A stretch of 13,934 nucleotides of DNA from Candidatus Methylomirabilales bacterium. GTDB taxonomy: Bacteria > Methylomirabilota > Methylomirabilia > Methylomirabilales > CSP1-5. The stretch spans positions 1-13,934 of the forward strand of contig JBHIAH010000068.1 of assembly GCA_046758505.1 (NCBI GenBank). The letters are read 5' to 3'. A program made the translations under genes and the position numbers. This document shows positions 7,840 to 13,934 of this stretch, piece after piece. The first letter of the stretch is position 1, and every line of letters begins with the position of its first letter. A model generated the notes under the pieces. That model saw only the letters and a program-made list of their open reading frames with translations. It searched no databases and was not told the DNA's origin.

Positions 7840-7955
7840 ATGCCGGCGGTGAACGACGTCACCGTCTACGAACGATGCGGCCTAGAAGTACAGGTGCTCA
7901 GGGCGGGCCACTGCATTCCCCAGTGTTGCGCCAGGAGATGCGGCCGAAGGGGTGA
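7840..7955 (+). pseudogene. Desulforedoxin-like small iron-binding protein, frameshifted
   Basis: GGAG RBS, then MPAVNDVTVYERCGLEVQVLRAGHCIPQCC. Restoring one base at 7930-7931 (gc to ggc) gives GQEMRPKG-stop (TGA 7953-7955), a 38-aa protein fitting CxxCG..V.V...G.....CCG..M. The first Cys position is TAC (Tyr). Confidence 0.7.
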
Positions 7956-7967
7956 CGCGGCTGGGAC

Positions 7968-7996
7968 AGGGCCGCCTCCCGGGGGCGGCCCTTTTT
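7968..7996 (+). terminator. Intrinsic terminator
   Basis: Stem AGGGCCGCC / GGCGGCCCT followed by a T run, 12 nt after the reconstructed mini-gene stop. Confidence 0.75.
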
Positions 7997-8109
7997 GCTG
8001 GGATCGAGCGTCCGGGGAACGGTGCATTGACAAGCGAATGAGGCATAGGATACAAGAACGTGTTCGGCTGTCTGGCACCACGGGAATGCCTGAAGGGGAG
8101 TGATCCATC

Positions 8110-9260
<1,151 letters not shown>

Positions 9261-9264
<4 letters not shown>

Positions 9265-9713
9265 TCGGCCGGCGGTATCTCCCCTGGATCCTCCTCTGCC
9301 TGCTCACCGCCGTGGCCGAGGCGGCGGGGGGAGGTCAGGTTCGGATCGGGGATCGGGTGGCGGTGACGGTGGAAGTGGCCCGCACCGAGGCGGAGAAGAT
9401 CCGCGGCCTGAGCGGCCGGGAGAGGCTTCAGCCGGATGGGGGAATGCTTTTTGTGTACGAGGTCCCGGTTCGGCCCCTGATCTGGATGCGGGGCATGCGC
9501 TTCCCCCTCGACATCCTCTGGATACGGGATGGGCGCGTCGTGGATCTGGTGCAGGGAGCAAAGCCACCGATCCCCGGCGAGGCCCCCCAGGTCTTCGCAC
9601 CGCGTGAGGAGGTACAGTACGTGCTGGAAGTGCCTGCCGGCTTTGCGGAGCGCCACGGCATCGTCCTCGCGGATCCGGTGGTCATCCGCCTGGAGAAGGG
9701 GAGGGCCCAGTGA
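9261..9713 (+). CDS. DUF192-family exported protein
   Basis: Signal peptide, VEVART....RGLSGR, GMLFVY, WMRGMRFPLDILWI, YVLEVPAG; ATGA overlap with the htrA stop. Confidence 0.88.
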
Positions 9714-11053
9714 GGCGTGCGTGCCGGATGACCCTGGTATGGCTCCTTCTCTGCAGCGTGGCACCACAGGGTGAGGCCAGGGAGCTTCGGGTGTTCGAGA
9801 CCACGCTGGCAAATGGGCTCGCGGTACTCCTCCTCGAGGAGCACAAGGCGCCCGTGGTTACGTTTCATGTCTGGTACCGGGTCGGATCCCGGAACGAGCA
9901 CCCCGGTCGGACCGGTCTCGCCCATCTCATGGAGCACATGATGTTTAAGGGGACCGCAAAGATCGGAGGCCAGGAGTTCAGCCAGATCATCAAGCGGAAC
10001 GGGGGACGGGATAATGCCTTCACGGGCCAGGACTATACCGGCTACTTTGTGACCCTCGCGGCGGACCGGATCCGCCTCCCGCTCGAGCTCGAGCCGGATC
10101 GGATGGTCAACCTGCTCTTGGACCCCGATGAAGTCGGGCGGGAGCGCAGCGTGGTCATGGAAGAGCGGCGGCTCCGCACGGAGGACGACCCGACGAGCTC
10201 GTTGTGGGAGGACGTGCAGGCGGCCGCGTTCAAGGCCCATCCATACGGCCAGCCGATTATCGGGTGGATGGAGGACATCCGGCGGCTCAACCGTGCAGAT
10301 CTCGAGGCCTTTTACAAAACGTACTATATCCCGAATAACGCCGTCGTGGTCGTCGTGGGTGACTTTGACCGTGGAAAGCTGCTTCCGAAGATCGAAAAGG
10401 CCTTCGGGGCGATCCCCCGGGGCCCCGAGCCCCCGCCGGTCCGCAGTACCGAACCCCCCCAAGACGCGCAGCGCCGGGTGATCCTCACCCGGCAGGATGC
10501 CCAGCTTCCCTCCGTCGTCGCCGCCTATCACACCCCCAACCTGACGCACCCGGATAGTTACGCCTTGGAGGTGCTGGAGGTTCTCCTCGCGGGGGGGAGG
10601 AGCGCCCGGCTTCACCGACACCTGGTCTATGAAAAGCAACTCGCCCTGAGCGCGGGGGCCTACTATGCGCGGGTCTCTATGGATCCGGAACTCTTTAGCC
10701 TTTTCGCCACGCCGGCCCCCGGCAGGATGGGAAAGGAGTTGGAGCAGGCGCTCTACGCTGAGATCGAGCACCTCAAGACCGAGCTGGTCTCCCCGCGGGA
10801 ACTGCAGAAGGCCAAGAACCAGATCGAGGCCTCTTTCATTTTCGGTGAAGACTCGATCTTCAATCTGGCTCGGCAGATTGCCTCGTATGAGATCGTGGCC
10901 GGGTGGCGATACTGGAAGGCCTACCTGCCGGGGATCCGCGCCGTGACCCGCGAGGATATCCGGCGAGTGGCGCGGAAGTACTTTAGGGCCGAGAATCGAA
11001 CGGTGGGTATCCTGGTTCCGGGGCGAGCAAAGAGCAGTAAAAGTAAGGAGTGA
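9710..11053 (+). CDS. M16 (pitrilysin-family) zinc peptidase, catalytic subunit
   Basis: TLANGL, WYRVGSRNE, inverted zincin motif HLMEH, NAFT..DYT.Y, ERSVVMEERR, HPY..PIIGW; signal peptide; GTGA overlap with the DUF192 stop. Confidence 0.93.
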   Translation: MRRACRMTLVWLLLCSVAPQGEARELRVFETTLANGLAVLLLEEHKAPVVTFHVWYRVGSRNEHPGRTGLAHLMEHMMFKGTAKIGGQEFSQIIKRNGGRDNAFTGQDYTGYFVTLAADRIRLPLELEPDRMVNLLLDPDEVGRERSVVMEERRLRTEDDPTSSLWEDVQAAAFKAHPYGQPIIGWMEDIRRLNRADLEAFYKTYYIPNNAVVVVVGDFDRGKLLPKIEKAFGAIPRGPEPPPVRSTEPPQDAQRRVILTRQDAQLPSVVAAYHTPNLTHPDSYALEVLEVLLAGGRSARLHRHLVYEKQLALSAGAYYARVSMDPELFSLFATPAPGRMGKELEQALYAEIEHLKTELVSPRELQKAKNQIEASFIFGEDSIFNLARQIASYEIVAGWRYWKAYLPGIRAVTREDIRRVARKYFRAENRTVGILVPGRAKSSKSKE

Positions 11054-11259
11054 GGAGTCAGGGGTAAGAAGTAAGAAGTAAGAAGCGGAGAGCGGAGACG
11101 TAAGAGTTTAGCGTTCGAGGTTCAAGGTTTGCAGAAATTCGCAATCCGAAATTCGAAATTGGAAATTCAGTGGGACGTCGGTCATCGGTCCTCGGTCATC
11201 GGGCCGTGAACCATGAACGGATAGGCGTAAGCCGTGAGACGTGAGACGTAAGCGGGAAG
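11043..11259. repeat. Mosaic period-7 repeat tract with at least six successive unit families
   Basis: Blocks: GTRAGRA (11043-11084), GCGGAGA x2, GTTYRRN (11106-11133), GAAATTC-type x5 (11134-11168), CNTCGGT x4 (11176-11203), CCRTGAA and (A/C/G)CGTRAG (11204-11252). Confidence 0.9.
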
Positions 11260-11295
11260 AGGTGGGATGAAGAGGTGCATGCCGAGAGATTGGGA

Positions 11296-12630
11296 ATGAA
11301 ACGACGCGTGTTGCGGATTGGGTTGGGTGTCCTCTTTCTCGGCCTGGTGCTGCCGAGGCTGGTCGAGGCGGCGCCCCTCGGGCGCCGCGTAAAGATGGAC
11401 AACGGTCTGACGCTCCTTGTGGCGGAGCGGCATAGCCTGCCCATGGTTACGGTTGAGATCCTCGTCAAGGCTGGCGCCTCGCAGGAGCCCAAGGAAAAGG
11501 CGGGCCTTGCCAACCTCACCGCGATTCTGCTTCCCCTGGGAACCGTGAGCCGGACGGCCCCCGAGATCAGTGAGGCGATCGAGTTTGTGGGGGGGAACCT
11601 CAGCGCCGACGGCTCCAGGGATACGAGCACGCTCTCCCTCACCGTGTTGAAAAAGGACCTCGATTTGGGCCTGGAACTGCTCGCGGATGTGCTGCTGCAT
11701 CCGGCCTTTCGCGAGGCGGAGATCGCGCGCAAGGTGCGGGAACTCAAGGGCCACATCCGTCAAAAACAGGAGGATCCCGGAACGGTGGCCCGCGAGGCGT
11801 TTGCCAAGACCCTGTTTCGTGATGATCCATACGGCCGGCCGGTAGAGGGGACCGAGGCGAGTCTGGATCGAATCACCCGGCAGGACCTGGTCGATTTTCA
11901 TCGGCGCTATTATGTTCCCCGCAACAGCATCCTGGCTGTCGCCGGGGATGTCACCCTGGGGGAATTCCAGGGCTCCGTGGCCAGATATCTCAAGGGCTGG
12001 ATAGGAAAGGGGGTCGCCGCCGCGGCTCCCGCCACGGCACCATCCCCCGGGGGGCAGCAGGTGGTGAAGATTGATCGGGGAGTGACCCAGGCCAATATCC
12101 TCTGGGGGCATGTGGGCATTGCACGCAGAAACCCGGACTTTTACGCCCTCTCGGTGATGAATTTTATTTTGGGGGGTGGGGGGTTGACCTCTCGCCTGAT
12201 GCGGGCCATCCGCGAGGAGAGGGGCTGGGCCTACGATGTCCACAGCTTCTTCAGCGCCCGCCGCCGCCCCGGTCCCTTTGTGGTGGGGCTCCAGACCAAG
12301 AACGAGACGGCGGGCGCTGCACTGGAGGAGGTACTGCGCCAGATCCGGAGGATACGGGAAGACGGGGTCACGCCGGAGGAGTTAGACGAGGCCAAGGGGT
12401 TCCTGACCGGGAGCTTCCCCCTGCGGATCGACACGAATCGAGACGTGGTGAGCATTCTCGCCAGCATCGAATTTTACGGTTTGGGACTGGACTACCCCGA
12501 GCAGTACCCCAAGATGATCCGGGCGGTCTCTCGCGAGGATATCCTCCGGGTCGCCCGTACCTACCTGCATCCGGATCAAGGCGTCCTCGTGGTTGTTGCT
12601 GATCTCGACAAGGCCAAGCTCCCCTTCTAA
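11296..12630 (+). CDS. M16 peptidase non-catalytic partner subunit
   Basis: Signal peptide, MDNGL, GLANLTAILL in place of HxxEH, PYGRPVEGT, ILGGGGLTSRL, REERGWAY (R/Y pair). ATG 11296 preferred; GTG 11275 possible. Confidence 0.9.
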   Translation: MKRRVLRIGLGVLFLGLVLPRLVEAAPLGRRVKMDNGLTLLVAERHSLPMVTVEILVKAGASQEPKEKAGLANLTAILLPLGTVSRTAPEISEAIEFVGGNLSADGSRDTSTLSLTVLKKDLDLGLELLADVLLHPAFREAEIARKVRELKGHIRQKQEDPGTVAREAFAKTLFRDDPYGRPVEGTEASLDRITRQDLVDFHRRYYVPRNSILAVAGDVTLGEFQGSVARYLKGWIGKGVAAAAPATAPSPGGQQVVKIDRGVTQANILWGHVGIARRNPDFYALSVMNFILGGGGLTSRLMRAIREERGWAYDVHSFFSARRRPGPFVVGLQTKNETAGAALEEVLRQIRRIREDGVTPEELDEAKGFLTGSFPLRIDTNRDVVSILASIEFYGLGLDYPEQYPKMIRAVSREDILRVARTYLHPDQGVLVVVADLDKAKLPF

Positions 12631-12696
12631 GGCGAAGCGACCCACCACCCTCCGGGCGACCCCCAACTGTCTTTGGTACTCTTTATTCCCTTGGAG

Positions 12697-12712
12697 AGGC
12701 ACAAGTCTTGCT
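12697..12712 (+). promoter_or_regulatory. Putative sigma54 (-24/-12) promoter
   Basis: AGGCACAAGTCTTGCT versus consensus TGGCAC-N5-TTGCW; exact GG-N10-GC spacing (12698-12699 / 12710-12711), 41 nt before the PilZ ATG. Confidence 0.65.
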
Positions 12713-12753
12713 AAAGGAGGACTTCGTCTGGAGTCTGGTATAATAGGAGAGCC

Positions 12754-13401
12754 ATGGGGCAGATGGAAAACCGCCAGCATCCCCGATTCCCGCTGCGGAT
12801 GCCGGTGCTCTGTGAGAGCCCGGTCATTCCCCGATACCACACGCTCGGCCTCAGCCGGAATGTGAGCCGGGGTGGATTGCAGCTCGAAGCCTCCCAGGTG
12901 TTGACGCCGGGCACCGTGACGAACCTTCGCCTGCTGACGGGAGAGCAGATCGCCCGGGCGGATGCGGTGGTCGTCTGGATCACCCGGCGGCTCCCCAGTG
13001 TGATGGGCCTAAGGTTTACGGCGTTAAGTGACGCTGATCGCCTCGCCTGGGAACAGCTCATGGCCTTTCAATCGGGCCCAACCTCGCGGGCCTTCCTCCG
13101 TGTCCCGATCGATCTCGAAGTCACCTGCCTGGTCCCCCCCGACACTCGCCTGCGGGGGCGCGGCGAGGATTTGAGCGACGGCGGGATGATGATCGTCCTT
13201 CCTCAGGCGGTTGCACCCCGGACGCGTCTGTGCGTGGTGGTCCCCCCGTGGCTCTTCCTGCCGCCGGTGGAGGCGGAGGTGGTCTGGACCCGCGCGGTTC
13301 TCGCTGGACCCGGCGCGATTCACGGCGTGCGCTTCCTCGCGAACGACACGGGCAAAGAGCTCTTCCTCGTTGGCACGCTCCTCCGGCGGCTGCTCCGCTA
13401 G
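12754..13401 (+). CDS. Tandem PilZ-domain protein
   Basis: Domain 1: RQHPR, NVSRGG, AVVVW...GLRF. Domain 2: RAFLR, DLSDGG, AEVVW...HGVRF. RBS AGGAGA. Confidence 0.88.
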   Translation: MGQMENRQHPRFPLRMPVLCESPVIPRYHTLGLSRNVSRGGLQLEASQVLTPGTVTNLRLLTGEQIARADAVVVWITRRLPSVMGLRFTALSDADRLAWEQLMAFQSGPTSRAFLRVPIDLEVTCLVPPDTRLRGRGEDLSDGGMMIVLPQAVAPRTRLCVVVPPWLFLPPVEAEVVWTRAVLAGPGAIHGVRFLANDTGKELFLVGTLLRRLLR

Positions 13402-13422
13402 GACGACCTCGTAAATAGAATG

Positions 13423-13471
13423 ACCGGAGACCGACGACGGACGACCGGGGACCGATGACCGACGACCGCCT
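13423..13471. repeat. Period-7 repeat tract (ACCGACG family)
   Basis: ACCGGAG ACCGACG ACGGACG ACCGGGG ACCGATG ACCGACG ACCGCCT. Confidence 0.88.
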
Positions 13472-13668
13472 CAGGCAGCTATCCGCTGCCAGGGGGCAAC
13501 TCAAAACACAGGGCCCTCCGGTACGAGCAATCGGCCGGCAGGTTCCACATCTCCCGACGGACGGGTTCGTTCGGCGCGCTCCTGAACCGCGCGGGACGGG
13601 TACCGCGTGTGGCCAGCTCACGCTGCCGATGGAGGGCATAAAAGATCAAACAACGTTTTAAAAAAGTC

Positions 13669-13697
13669 TTGACAGCCGGTGGCCCACACTATAGATT
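13669..13697 (+). promoter_or_regulatory. Putative strong sigma70 promoter
   Basis: TTGACA (13669-13674), 17 nt, TAGATT (13692-13697), preceded by an AT-rich UP-element-like stretch in GC-rich DNA. Confidence 0.7.
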
Positions 13698-13703
13698 TCG
13701 ATC

Positions 13704-13850
13704 CTGCCTAGGCCATAACAATCGATGATCACCGTTATGACCGAGAGAACCGGTGCAGCAATTCTTTGGCGATCGCTGTCGCATCCGCGGTTATTCGGTG
13801 ATGTTCCGGGAGGATCGTCGGCTGAGGGAACGTATGGAGACTAACAGCCG
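13704..13850 (+). ncRNA. Candidate structured RNA (rod-like sRNA or long 5' leader), family unassigned
   Basis: Starts at the predicted TSS. Nested helices found by eye: 13713-17/13833-37, 13722-30/13813-21, 13740-45/13794-99, 13748-52/13788-92, 13755-59/13775-79. No substantial ORF. Confidence 0.4.
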
Positions 13851-13934
13851 CATCTAATCCCCTTGTTTCCCCCTGTCCGATGATGCCCCGAACGAAATCG
13901 TCGCGTATTTCCTATACAACCGATATTCGTCGAC

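Noticed and set aside
8027..8056. Promoter for htrA (TTGACA at 8027-8032)
   Set aside because: TAGGAT lies only 13 nt away and TACAAG at 18 nt is a weak -10; not well enough supported.
7804..8103. 99-aa ORF in the track
   Set aside because: Read-through of the frameshifted desulforedoxin-like gene across a terminator.
11043..11259. CRISPR array interpretation of the repeat tracts
   Set aside because: No constant 23-47-nt repeat with unique spacers, and no cas genes.
13494..13525. c-di-GMP-I riboswitch-like words (CACAGGGC, CCTCCGG) after the PilZ gene
   Set aside because: The GGCAAAC-GAAA-GACGCAAA core is absent; likely coincidence.
13854..13934. Possible 3' end of a minus-strand gene (VDEYRLYRKYATISFGASSDRGKQGD-stop)
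   Set aside because: Only 26 codons at the window edge with no motif; cannot be supported without flanking sequence.

Overview
GC-rich bacterial chromosomal segment with no transposase, integrase, rRNA, tRNA or CRISPR array. Gene order: 5'-truncated HAD hydrolase (+), rodZ-like gene (+), Fe(III) ABC transporter operon fbpABC/futABC-like (-), divergent DtxR/MntR-family regulator (+), 5'-truncated csoR remnant, geranylgeranyl-reductase-family flavoprotein, frameshifted desulforedoxin-like mini-gene and terminator, then HtrA - DUF192 - M16 peptidase (active) - M16 partner (inactive), and a tandem PilZ protein behind a sigma54-type promoter. The window ends with a strong sigma70-type promoter followed by a ~150-nt rod-like RNA structure with no real ORF. 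The most unusual signals are non-coding: four intergenic mosaics of period-7 repeats with several unit families (some as inverted arms, one ending exactly at the csoR truncation), two decayed metal-related genes flanking an intact reductase, a DtxR homolog lacking both ancillary-site histidines, and the candidate ncRNA. All calls come from reading motifs by eye; no searches or folding were run.
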